DNA of 63,787 nt, the filler included, from Chiloscyllium plagiosum (Eukaryota): assembly GCF_004010195.1 (NCBI RefSeq). It is 3 parts of one record of this genome, joined end to end, with 100 filler letters (N's around TTAATTAATTAA, not from the genome) between each part and the next. Parts side by side here need not be neighbours in the genome. Positions count along the whole stretch, not along the records: positions 22,179 to 41,374 come from NC_057713.1; positions 41,475 to 63,787 come from NC_057713.1; 1 more part is not named here. The stretch is one strand, 5' to 3'. The position numbers and the translations under genes are program-made. The notes beneath the pieces were generated by a model. That model ran no database searches. It saw only the letters and a program-made list of their open reading frames with translations, and was not told where the DNA came from. Below are positions 39,357 through 51,179 of the stretch, piece after piece (position 1 is the first letter of the stretch; every line of letters begins with the position of its first letter).

Positions 39357-40918
39357 GTAAGAATTTTCTTAAGTTAGGTATGTTTCTTTTTTGACCTGTT
39401 TAGCACATGTGAACTGGTAACTCTGTCATGAACTAGTTGAGATACTGTCAGAACTCTGAGCATCGCAATTAGTGTGCACACTCTGTTGCTCTAAAAAAAC
39501 GTATTTCATATCACAAATATAATGTGATTGTCACCATTGTCAATTTTAATGAGTTTTGTCAGCATTTCTATGCAAATAAAATCTCCTTATTCACCTTTGT
39601 TTCCAGTTATCCTAAATGTGAGCTTACCTGTTACTTATCCTCATGCTGATTGAAACCACAGACTTCTATTGAATTTTGTAATTGGTGATATTTTTTGGAC
39701 ATACACATCAGTGAGCAAATTAACTCTTGCTGAGTTATGTTCACAGTGTGAAACACTTCTTAAAGGGCTCTTTTTGCATGTATGAAAAATGCACAAGTTT
39801 GAATGTTGTGAGAATGTACGTACCCAGTACAATGTTTTGTTTTACTGATGCAGTATTAGGCTATTAAGTTGTAATGTTCCACATTTAAGAATTTATGCCT
39901 AATTCTGAGCAGAAAGAAGCCAAGATTGTCAATTAGAGAAATTTCATGTGTTGAGTGTAGGAATGCATTTACTTTTTAAGCCTTTGGCCAGATATGTAGT
40001 TTGCCAACATGGAACACGCTGTCATTGCTCATATTGAAGAGGTTACTTTGCTGCTTTGCTGTTTTTCAGTGTTACTGTCAATGTGTTTCTCTTTTTAGTC
40101 ATAATCTGATCACCACACCAAAGGCTTTCTCACTCTTCAATAAGCATTCATTCATTTAACCTCATCAGTGGCCAAGACCAGTGTTTGAGTTGGTTTTCAA
40201 GTATGGTTTGAATGATTACAAAAGGCACTTCTGTTTCCTGGCTTGTACCAAGGTGTTAACTGTAAAGAAAAAAATAGGGTATTTATATGGGTCTTTAATA
40301 GGCCTAAATTTACACTCTGCCATAAGGTAAAATTGTGCACAGAATGTGATGGCAATTGTGAAGACTGTGCCTAGTGGTCTGGAAAGAGTTGGAGAATCTT
40401 GTGTTCCCTTTGGAGTGAAATGTGCAAGTGGTTAGAATGTTAATGTACTTCAATTGTGGATTCCACTAACTTGCTATCATGGTCATTCATTAGGTTTTTT
40501 TGGCATGAGAGAGCATTCTAGTTCTTCTGTGTACTGTGCAACATCATTTTAATGAAACTTGTGGTGGAGCTGTTTTTAAACTATGCAATAATGTGCTTTT
40601 GTGCATGTCTGAAAATGAGTGCAGTCTCCTCCGTCTAACAACATATTCATCGGCTTAACTGCACATTTCTGATCTGCCTGTAGACCGAATTCATTGAGTA
40701 TCCTTTAAAGTAATGCAATTCATTGAGTATCCTTTAAAGTAAAAATCTTTTTAAACAGTAAGCTCTGTATTTCTATTTGCTCACATAGCATTGATATTTG
40801 ACTAATCACACAAGGAGCACATTTGTTCAGAGAACCAGCTAGTGAGTTTTGAGAAGATTTGTAGCTCAGGTTGAGGTTCTGGATGTAGGTTTGCTCGCTG
40901 AGCGAAAAAGGTTCATTT

Positions 40919-40958
40919 CCAGACGTTTCGTCACCCTGCCAGGTAACATCTTCAGTGG
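40919..40958 (-). ncRNA. Minimal type-I hammerhead ribozyme, intact
   Basis: Minus strand reads CCA-CUGAAGA-U-GUUACCU-GGCA-GGGUGAC-GAAAC-GUC-UGG: stem I, 7-bp stem II, both cores and a GUC triplet. Confidence 0.8.
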
Positions 40959-41710
40959 ATTAGTGGTGCTGGAAAAGCACAGCAGTTCAGGCAGCATCCG
41001 AGGAGCAATAAAATCGACCCACTCTGAACTACATCCTCAGGAGAATTCATACTCTCAACAAACAGTATTTCAACTCCATCTCAAACATCAAAAACTGTAA
41101 GTACAACAACTTTTATCCTACCCACCTCCATAACCAGCGCTCCTCAAACATCCCCGTAGATTTCCCTGGCCTCGGAAACACCATTAGCCATGCAGCTGAT
41201 GCAGCTACCACCCCCACGCTGATTGATGATGTCACTTCTGGCCCAATCATGGCCACTCCCACAACCACTTCCGCCCCTCACAATTCCTCATGCATCACAC
41301 GTGACATAACCTCCGCCCCTCACATCATCGCTGATGTCACATGCTCAGTGACTTCCGCCACCCCTACTGCCGTGNNNNNNNNNNNNNNNNNNNNNNNNNN
41401 NNNNNNNNNNNNNNNNNNTTAATTAATTAANNNNNNNNNNNNNNNNNNNNNNNNNNNNNNNNNNNNNNNNNNNNTATCACCTTCATCCCTTCCCCCACTC
41501 ACCTATTGTACTCTATGCTACTTTCTCCCCACCCCACCCTCCTCTCACTTATCTCTCCACCATTCAGGCTCTCTGCTTGTATTTCTAATGAAGGTCTTTT
41601 GCCCGAAACGTCGATTTTATTGCTCCTCGGATGCTGCCTGAACTGCTGTGCTCTTCCAGCACCACTAATCCAGAATCTCGTTTCCAGCATCTGCAGTCAT
41701 TGTTTTTATC
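40959..41710 (+). mobile_element. Family-A Penelope-like element nested in family B, spanning gap 2
   Basis: Inverted partial pLTR, internal part homologous to 21730-22078, then pLTR + tail. Perfect 15-bp TSD TAACATCTTCAGTGG. Confidence 0.9.
41375..41474. other. Assembly gap: 44 N + TTAATTAATTAA + 44 N
   Basis: Seen directly; same format as gap 1. Confidence 0.98.
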
Positions 41711-42785
41711 TAACATCTTCAGTGGGCCTCCAGGCGAAGCACTGTTGATAATTCCTGCTTTCTATTTATATGTTTGGGTTTCTTTGGGTTGGTGATGCCA
41801 TTTCCTGTGGTGATGTCATTTCCTGTCCTTTTTCTCATGGGGTGGTAGATGAAGTCTAACTCAATGTGTTTGTTGGTAGAGGTCCGATTGGAATGCCATG
41901 CTCCTAGAAATTCTCATGCATGTCTCTGTTTAGCTTGTCCTAGAATGGATGTGTTGTCCCAGTCGAAGTGGTATCCTTCCTCCTCTGTATGTGAGGATAC
42001 TAGTGAGAAAGAGTCATGTTGTTTTGTGGCTTGTTGATGTTCATGTATCCTGGTGGCTAATTTTCTGCCCATTTGTCCAATGTAGTGTTTGTTACAGTCC
42101 TTGCACGGTATTTTATAAATAACATTAGTTCTGCTTGTTGTCTATATAGGATCCTTCAAGTTCATTAGCTTCTGTTTTAGTGTTTTAGTGTGTTGATGGG
42201 TTTGTGGGCTACCATAATGCCAAGGGGTCTGAATAGTCTGGCAGTCATTTCCGAGATGTCTTTGTTGCTGAGAACACAGTCTGCAGATTCCTCAGCAACA
42301 AACCCAAACAACCAAACAAAACGCATCCAGAAACCCTAGCCACTCACCCCTACATCAAAGACATCTCGGAAATGCCTGCCAGACTCAGACCCCTTGGTAA
42401 ACAAACACTACATTGAACAAACAGGCAGAAAACTAGTCACCAGAATACATGAACATCAATTAGCCACAAAATGACATGATCCTCTCTCACTAATATCCTT
42501 ACATACTGATGAGGAAGGACTCCACTTCGACTGGAATAACACATCCATCCGAGGACAAGCCAAGCACAGACATTCACGAGAATTCCTAGAAGCATGGTAT
42601 TCCAACCGGAACTCTATCAACAAACACATTGAGTTAGACCCCATCTACCACCTCCTGAGAAAAAGAACAGGAAATGACATCACCACAGGAAATGATGTCA
42701 CCACAGGAAATGGCATCACCAACCCAAAGAAACCCAAACATATAAATAGAAAGGAGGAATTATCAGCAATGCTTTGCCCGGAGGC

Positions 42786-42824
42786 CCACTGAAGATGTTA
42801 CCTAGTAGGGTGACGAAATGTCTG
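42786..42824 (+). ncRNA. Hammerhead motif, near-intact
   Basis: CCA-CUGAAGA-U-GUUACCU-AGUA-GGGUGAC-GAAAU-GUC-UG. A C-to-T change at a CpG lies in stem III. Confidence 0.65.
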
Positions 42825-43049
42825 AAAATGAAGCTTCCAGCTCAACGAGCAAACCTACATCCAGAGCCAGCTAGTACTACTGTAGGAGTAACCGTTCGTG
42901 CATTTGTTCAAATGATAATTGTTCCAAGATAACATCCTCCAATACTATCTCTGGTATGAATAATTGATAAATTCCTGTAGTTCAAGGTTGGCAAGAGGCG
43001 ATAGCGTGCAGTCAAAAACTGCATAAAATGAACTGGAAATCGATCATTT

Positions 43050-45325
43050 GATATAGGAGCAGAATTAAACCATTTGCCTCATTTAGTCTACTCCACCATT
43101 CAATCATGGCTGATATGCCTTCTCCCCGTAGCCCTTGATCCCCTTACCAATCAAGAACCTATATCTCTATCTAAAGTATACCCAATGATTTGGCCTTCAC
43201 AGCCCTCTGTCGCAATGAGTTCAACAGATTAATCACCCTCTGGCTGAAGACATTCCTCCTCATCTCATTTCTAAAAAGTTGTCACTTCACTCTGAGGCTG
43301 TACCTACATGTCCTAGTCTCTCCTGCTAGCGGAAACATATTTTCCACATCCACTCTGTCCAGCCCTTCCAGTTTTCTAAAACTTCCAATCAGGTCTCCTC
43401 CTAATCCTTCTAAACTCCGTCGAATACAGACCCAGAGTCCTCAATCGCTCCTCATATGCCAACCCATCATTCCCAGGATCATCCTTGTAAACCTCCTCCT
43501 TGATCCCCTCCAACACCAGCACATCCTTCTATAGATACAGGTCTGACCAATGCATTATACAGTCTTAGCAGTGCATCTCTGCTGTTGTATTCTAGCCCTC
43601 TTGAAATGAACCATTTCCCTATTTAGAAAGTACTCTATGCCTCCATTATTCCTACCAAAGTGCATAGCTTCACACTTTCTGAAAATATATTCCTTCTGCC
43701 ACTTCTCCCATTCTCCTAGCCTACCCAATTCCTTCTTCAGCCCCCCTGCTCCCTCAACACTATCTGTCCCTCCACCTACCTTTGTGTCATGTGCAAACTT
43801 AGTAACAATGCTCTCTGTTCCTTCGTCCAGATCATTAATGTATAATGTGAATAGTTGTGGTCCCAACATGGACCCCTGCGGAACTCCACTAGTCACCGGC
43901 TGTCATAGTAATAGAGACCCCATTACCCCTAGTCTCTGCCTTCTGCCAGTTATTCAATCCTCTCTCCATGTCAATATCTTGCTTCTAACACCATTGGCTC
44001 TTATTTTATTTCGCAGCCCCTATGTGGCACCTTGTCAAACATCTTCTGGAAATCCGAATAGATCATGGCTCTCCTTTGTCAAACATGCTTGTTTCCACCT
44101 CAAAGAATTCTAACAGATTTGCCAGGCATGACGTCCCCTTGATGAATCCGTGCTGACTCAGACATATTTACCAAATGCTTCCAAGTACTCCACAATGTCA
44201 TCCCTAATTTTAGATTAGATTAGATTAGATTACTTACAGTCTGGAAACAGGCCCTTCGGCCCAACAAGTCCACACCGACCCGCCGAAGCGCAACCCACCC
44301 ATACGTTTACCCCTTACCTAACACTACGGGCAATTTAGCATAGCCAATTCACCTGACCTGCACATCTTTGGACTGTGGGAGGAAACCGGAGCACCCGGAG
44401 GAAACCCACGCAGACACGGGGAGAACGTGCAAACTCCACACAGTTAGTCGCCTGAGGCGGGAATTGAACCCGGGTCTCTGGCGCTGTGAGGCAGCGGTGC
44501 TAACCACTGTGCCACCGTGCCGCCCATTAATAGTGGAATCTAAAATCTTACCATCGTCGGAGGTCAGGCTAACTGGTCTTCTGCCTCCCTCTCTTAAACA
44601 GTGGTGTTACATTAGCCATTTTCCAGTTCACTGAGACCCTCCCTGACTCCAGTGATTCCTGAAATATCTCAACCAATACCTCTACAATCTCTTCAGCTCT
44701 CTCTGGGGTCTATCTGGGCTGGGTGATTTATTCAAACCTTTAAGCTTCCCCAGTACAATCTCCTCAGTGATGGCCACTGTACTCACCTCTGCCCCCTAAC
44801 TCTCTTGAAGTTGTAGTATGCTGCTAGTGTCTCCTACTATGAAAACTGATGCAAAGACTTCTCAATCCTCTGTTTTCCCATTAGTCTTCACCACATTGTA
44901 TGCTTTTTCTTTGCCTTTTCTTTCACTGTCCCTGACTTCCCTCGTCAGCCGTGGTTAACCTCAACTTGCCCTTACTACATTCCTTCGTCCTTGAAATGAA
45001 TTTCTACTATGCCTCCCAAATTGCCCCCGGAAACTCATGCCATTGCTGTTCCACCATCTTCCCTGCCTTGTCTTCCAATCGGCTCTGGCCACCTCTTCCC
45101 TCATACCTTTGTAGTTTCTTTTACTCAATTGTAATACAATTACATCCGATTCCAGCTTTTGCCTGTCAAAGTGCAGGATGAATTCTGTCATATTATGGTC
45201 ATTCCCCCTTGGGGTCCCTTCACTGTAATCAGGTCTGGCTCGTGACAAATCACCAAATCCAGAACTGCCTGTTCCCCTCGTATGTTCTCCAAAAGCTGCT
45301 TCAAAAAAGTATCTCGCAGATCTTT
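43050..45325 (-). mobile_element. CR1 LINE fragment interrupted by a SINE
   Basis: Minus peptide TSGVPQGSMLGPQLFTLYINDLDEG..KFAHDTK. CR1 3' UTR at ~43050-43110 and endonuclease-linker piece near 45000-45300. Confidence 0.9.
44210..44525 (-). mobile_element. Young, full-length HE1-type tRNA SINE
   Basis: Minus-strand A box TGGCACAGTGG (44504-44514), B box GGTTCAATTCC (44460-44470), V-type core, CR1-like 3' end and (TCTAA)n tail. CpGs largely retained. Confidence 0.93.
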
Positions 45326-46261
45326 GGATTTTATTCAGGTTTATATGATAATGTTGAAATTTTTCCACTCTGTGCTACAATCCCCTTGAGTATTATAAGA
45401 AAATATTGTAGAATCATTTTTTTTCCCTCCATCTGTGGTGAATGGAGGTTGGCCTTTGGTATAAGGAACATGCTTTCAAGCTCTTGCCCAATCAGTTGAT
45501 GTGGCTCACATTCAAGTACTACCTGCTCCAAAGGTGTATCATGAAATCTCTGAACAGGTTGATTTAAAAAAAGACATCTGACTGAATGCTACATCATTGA
45601 GTTGCATTAATAAATGAATCGAGCTTTTCAAAGATAGACCTGCTTGCAACAATGAGCTGTGCGTCTTTTTCAAAAAGACGAGAAACATAGCTGCTTGTGG
45701 TCTTCATTCCTGGGTTACAGTTTGTTTGTTTTACCAACCATGCACTACAATAAATAAAAATACCAAATTTCTTTTTAGCAACCTTTTAGTGGCTTTAAAA
45801 TGAGTAGTCCTCTGCCTCAATGTCCCCTGTGCTAGTAGGATCAACTTCACTACTTTGACTTTTAAACAAGAAACACTTCCCATTCGAGTGTGATGGTCAA
45901 CTTCATAACAACTATTGACGCCTAATGATATTTAATTAGAGACCTGTTATCTGTTCTACTGATAGAGGTAGTTTTCTGAGGAACACTAAATGAAGGGCTT
46001 CACTGGTGTTGTCTCAAGCCTTCAAAAAATGTAAACACCACCAAAAACTGTTCTCACTATTGTTTGTCCTTGTGCAATGTTATGTCGAAGGTATACTTTA
46101 TAAGTAGTGAAACTACAGATTCATAACTCTTTTGAGATAGTAAAACTGCTTTCCCTGTGACTGTAGCCAGCAAAGCCTTTCATTGTGATTCTTTTATTAA
46201 CTTACAGAATATAGATTTCTGCATTTGCTAATGTCACTTACGTTACATAAATTAACTCAAT

Positions 46262-46357
46262 TTTGGAGGGATATGGATCAGATTGGGATATCTGGTCGGC
46301 ATGGACAAGTTGGACTGAAGGGTCTGTTTCCGTGCTGTACATCTCTATGACTCTATA
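46262..46357 (+). mobile_element. CR1 3'-end fragment
   Basis: ggtctgtttccgtgctgtacatctctatgactctat is the reverse complement of the tail at ~1740-1830. Confidence 0.85.
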
Positions 46358-46881
46358 GTCCTTCAAGGAGCTCCACAAATCAAACAACATATATATTTAG
46401 CTTTACAACAATAGTTCGACTGAAAGGAGCTGGTACAAATGCCCTTTTAGAATTATACGTTTGAAGATTTTCACACAGAGTAACTTCAGTGCTGTCTGCA
46501 GGCTATATTTTGTAATAAGTTTGAATTGAACTCAGCAGGTCTGGCAGCATCAATGGAGTGTTAGTGTTTCGGGTCTAATGACCCTTCTTCAGAACTACAG
46601 ATTTAATGGGTTTTGCTTAACTTTATAATACTGTATATGTTACAGCACTTTTAAGAGATGAGATCTTACTAAGTACGAGATTAGGACCACAACAGAAAAT
46701 TGTTTTAACAGACAGAACCTCACTGGAGAGTCCATCACTATTATTTTGAACTTGGCTCTCATTCCTGTATACACAATATATCAGTATTCATTATGAAATT
46801 AAACATTTTAAGTAAACAAATGGTACTTTCCATTTCTGCAGATTTAAGAAAATAGCTGTAACGTAATGTTTTTCATTGCAG

Positions 46882-46979
46882 TGTCTGCCTTTGAGTCAGA
46901 GTTTCACATTAGCGGACTTGCACCACTTGGCGAGCGTCTAGTTCTCTTAATGTACGTGAATGAGACGTTGGAACAAACG
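46882..46979 (+). CDS. VPS41: VPS41 coding exon, 98 nt
   Basis: ttgcag| ... |gtaaag. Encodes (V)SAFESEFHISGLAPLGERLVLLMYVNETLEQT; phase 1 start fits the previous exon. Confidence 0.95.
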
Positions 46980-47511
46980 GTAAAGGAATATTTGAATCTA
47001 TTGGAGGAATATTTTTGTTAAGACTCTCCTACTATTGTGCATTTTTTAAAGAAGTATTAAAATGAAAGACTTAAAACTAAAGTACTGTGGATGCTGGACA
47101 TCTGAAATATAAACCAAATGTTGGGAGAACTTAACGGATCTAACAGCATCTGGAGAGAGAAAAACAGAATGAATGCTTTGATTACAAATACTTTATGTTT
47201 CCATTATTAAATAATGCATTGCTGGTGCTGAAACATTTTATTTTTGAAATGCAAACTTCCAGCACAGCATTTCTCCCTTCTCTCAGGTCACTTGTGTTGC
47301 TCATAACCATGTTTCATATGAGTTCTGGGATTCAGAGTAAAACTTGGAAATGGCTAACAAACAAGCTGAAGAGCAAGGCATGTATACTTGCTTTAGAGAC
47401 TATGTTGAATGTTGAGAAGATGATGTGCTGAACGGAGTGCTCCAGAATTAGAACTTCTGTTTTTCTTAACTTATATCAAAGACTTGGGTCCAAAAGAATC
47501 TCATACAAAGT

Positions 47512-47642
47512 AGTCATGATTTGGAGATGCTGGTGTTGGACTGGGGTGTACAAAGTTAAAAATCACACAACACCATGTTATAGTCCAACAGGTTTAATTG
47601 GAAGCACACTAGCTTTCAGAGCGCCGCTCCTTCATCAGATGT
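47512..47642 (-). mobile_element. Solo pLTR fragment of a further Penelope-like family (D)
   Basis: About 130-bp segment ending in a hammerhead motif whose stem sequences are unrelated to families A-C. Confidence 0.6.
47606..47642 (-). ncRNA. Minimal hammerhead ribozyme variant with a CUA cleavage triplet
   Basis: Minus strand reads ACAU-CUGAUGA-A-GGAGC-GGC-GCUCU-GAAAG-CUA-GUGU. Confidence 0.7.
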
Positions 47643-49429
47643 TTAGTTGAGTTGGCTCATAATTACCATAGTAGGAGGACTTAGTTGAGGATATGGCTTG
47701 GCAAGTATAAGATTAATTGAATAACAGTAGTTGAAACCTAATGTGGGCACATATTTTGAAAATTAGGTGGTTGTTTAATTGATCCAATGGGCAAAGCCAG
47801 TGTACCAGCAGGTGACTTAGGTTTATATATTAAGGCCCTTAAAGAGTATAAAGTTTAAGTTATAGATGATATCCTGTTAAGTCGAATTGTATGTTTCAAA
47901 TCTTTCTAAAGATCTGAATGGAAAATTATTTTGGTTCTCTTTTGAAAATATCAAAGCTATACTGCCATCAAAACCTTAAAGTCACCAATTTCAAAAACCT
48001 TTCCTCAGTAAAGGGTACAAACGCCTTGTGTGACAAACCAGAAACTATCAGGACATTTCTTTGAGGGTGAGAGATGATACTTCTTGCTGCAGGCTGAAAG
48101 TGGCTCAGTATGAAGCCCAATTTCCAATTCAATAGTAATCACCAGTCAATGCTTTTTCTCTTATGAATTAGCCATTAGTATACAAAAGATTACGGCATTA
48201 TGTTTAGCTAATTAAGAAAGAAAATCTTAAATCTTCTGACGTAGAACTGGAGAGTAATCCTTTATAGTTTATCTTGATGTTTCTTTGCAAAGCTGAAACA
48301 TCCTCTGTCTTGAAAAACTGTAAGGACAGGAGTAGGCCATTCAGCCCCTCAAACCTACACTGTAATTCAATTAATTCATCTCTGATCAGCACCCTCAACT
48401 TCATTTAGACACCTGTTGTCTTCTCAAACAAAATGCTGGAAAGCTGCAATTTTCTAAGCACCTTCAGACTTATGGAGAAAGCTTGTACTTCCAGTATGTT
48501 CTGTTTTTCCATTCAAATCTCTCAGTTTTGACTGAAAATATTACCTGGTTTCATTTCTAAATAGTCCAATTCTTATTTTTTTAAGTTATATAACTTTGTT
48601 CTTGATTTCCCCACCAGAGAAAATTTTTTTCTGTATGTATCCAGTAAAACCTTGTAATATTTAAATACACGAATCAGTTCACGCATCAAACCTCTACCCT
48701 CAAGTGTGGATAAACCACACTTTTTGAATCTCTTCTCATAATTTAACCTTTATTATTCTCCTTTAAACCATTGCCTTTGATTACCTAATGCACACCTTTA
48801 AGCACTGCTCAAGTGTCTACTCTCTCCCGACCTAATTAAATGCTCCAAGAAATTTGTCTTTTATTTTGTCCCGCAGAAGCTCATTATTCATTGTGGTTAT
48901 TTGCAGTTATGTGGTTTGTCCCCTGGAAGCTATTCAATTCATTAACAGAAACTGTCAGTGTTTGAGCTTGTACATCAAAGTGCAAAGTGTCAACTGGTAT
49001 AGCTACACAGGGTATTGTACTTGTATCAATTTCTTTTTGGAAGATCAAAACTTGAACTTGAAACTGTCTCATATACAATTACCCTTTGATGATAAGGAAT
49101 CAGATGGTCAGTAATTAAGTTTTGACTTGACCATCGTAAAAGAAATAAATCTTCAGTGATAGACCTACTATTTAATTCCGTTCTTGTTTCTGAACCATGT
49201 GTGAAGTTGAGAATTAACATATCTATATGCAATATATAGAGGTAAATATACCTGTACGCATTTACAGGGAAAAAAATTTAATCGCAAGAATTATTTTGTC
49301 ATGAGGTGGGAAATTTGTTTTAAAGGATTTTGTGTGACACTAAAGGAGTAAAAATGCATTTTACAATATATTCACATCTTACAGATTTAATGATTTGAAA
49401 TATAATAAAGCATACATACAAACACCATG

Positions 49430-49461
49430 CTGAAGAAAAGTCATACTGGACTTGAAATATA
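49430..49461 (+). ncRNA. Hammerhead-like motif in an old pLTR
   Basis: CUGAAGA-A-AAGUC-AUACUG-GACUU-GAAAU-AUA. Confidence 0.5.
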
Positions 49462-50092
49462 AGCTGTGTTTCTTTGTGCCCAGATGCTGCCAGACTTTAA
49501 CTAAAACAAGCACCTGACAAATCGAACATTCTTTGCTTTATAGTTACAAGCTAATAATGAAACATTACATTTTAAGCTGCAAATTGCTGAGAAACTCAGC
49601 AAGACTGGCAGCATCAATGGAGAAAGAAACAGAGTTAACATTTCAAGTCCAGTGACCCTTCTTTAGTGTTCTCCAACGATTTCTATTTTTGTGTATTTCA
49701 GATCTCTAGCATCCTCAGTTCTTTGTTTTGCTTCTTTGCCGGATAATGTTGGGGTGGTGTTTAATTATGGTTAAAAAGAATTAGTGATGATCATCTGTTA
49801 GAGCAGAATTGTGGCATGAGCTCGTGTATACCACAGATAATATGCCAATTTCCGCTGTCATTGGAATCCATTTTCCAGTGGAGGGCATTTTTGTTTCTCT
49901 TGGTTAAATGATGAGAAAATGTTTAAAAAATGGACTAAGAGGTTCCATTCTGTATTATAAAAGCACAATGAATCAAACACTGCATAATACTGATGAGAGA
50001 GGTGTTGGGAGAAGAAAGTAAGAGATTATGGGGCAGTATTTTTCCTCTGTTTAGAAGAATGCAAAGTTAGATAATCTTTCTTTGTGAAACAG

Positions 50093-50222
50093 GATAAAGA
50101 ACACTGTGCAAGACCTCGCCTTGACATAATTCATCACTTGCCTGATTCGTATGAGGAAATATCCTCTGATGCTCTGTCCGTAAGAGGTTTCCAAGAAAAT
50201 GAATGCAGAGACTACAGCTTAG
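50093..50222 (+). CDS. VPS41: VPS41 coding exon, 130 nt
   Basis: aacag| ... |gtgaga. Encodes DKEHCARPRLDIIHHLPDSYEEISSDALSVRGFQENECRDYSL plus 1 nt. Confidence 0.97.
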
Positions 50223-51179
50223 GTGAGAAATAGGTAATGTTTAACTAGGAAGGTATGTTTTGCTGCAAGATAAATAGGAAAACAAGTTTCAAGGTAGCCT
50301 TTAGAAGCTAAGGTTTTTTTCAATCAGCCTTATTGTTCAAATAATGTGTTGAATTGCACATTAATTTGTAAGTGGTCATCAGCTCATAAATCAGTAAGCT
50401 TTTTGAAATAATTACCAGCCTTCCATCCTGTTGCCATTCTATTGTCATATGCAAGTTTGAGAACAATCACATAACCAGGTCAAGTGCAAATGAATATATA
50501 CCTGCCTGTCGCTCAGTGCCTGGTATAACATTGAATCAGATGACCATGAGGTGCAAGGTTTGATTTATTAGTCTAAACACGGGTCCTGTTTGGGAGACTG
50601 CAATTGGTATTGTGACCCTAACATCAGCCAGAGTTCTTACTTCTAACTTTGATCTAATGCTCTCCACTGGAAGATATGAATGTGCAGTCCTGAAAGGGGA
50701 GATTGTCTAAGAAATTGAATTAGTTTAATTTCTAAAAGCATTGGTGCTCAATGTTATTATATATATTAGTGCTATTGCTTTGTTCTGCTTCCCTTAATCA
50801 AACCTTTATGGAGTAACTATGTAAATTTCTGCTTCTGCCTGTGATAAAGAGTGCTTTTCCAGAGTTGGGTACACATTCCCAGCAATTTTCCAGCCAAAGA
50901 TATGTCAGGGAGCATGAACTCAAATTCCTAATGGACCAGGTTTGATTTGACATATTTATCCCATCTTATTGTTACTCTTAAGAATAAAGTACAATGTCTT
51001 TCACGTTATGTATAGAAGTATACACTTACATAAATAATTTTTACACTTCTGTTCAGATTACACCTCAGATTTTGAGTAATGTCAAATTCTTTCTTTCCCC
51101 AAAATGTGACTTTGTAAATTTAATTTTATTGTTAGCTGATAAATCTAATCATGCAGATCCAGTAAAAGACAGGGTTCTT

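Larger units (their letters stand above)
40844..42862 (-). mobile_element. Penelope-like element, family B, in fold-back (inverted) configuration
   Basis: Minus-strand GIY-YIG NVIYKIPCKDCNKHYIGQMGRK (~42065-42130). The same region recurs inverted at ~42350-42862. TSD AGA(A/G)CCAGCTAGT at 40831-40843 and 42863-42875. Confidence 0.92.

Noticed and set aside
44455..44525. tRNA gene (also near 3592-3650)
   Set aside because: The A and B boxes continue into a SINE body and LINE-like tail; these are SINE heads.
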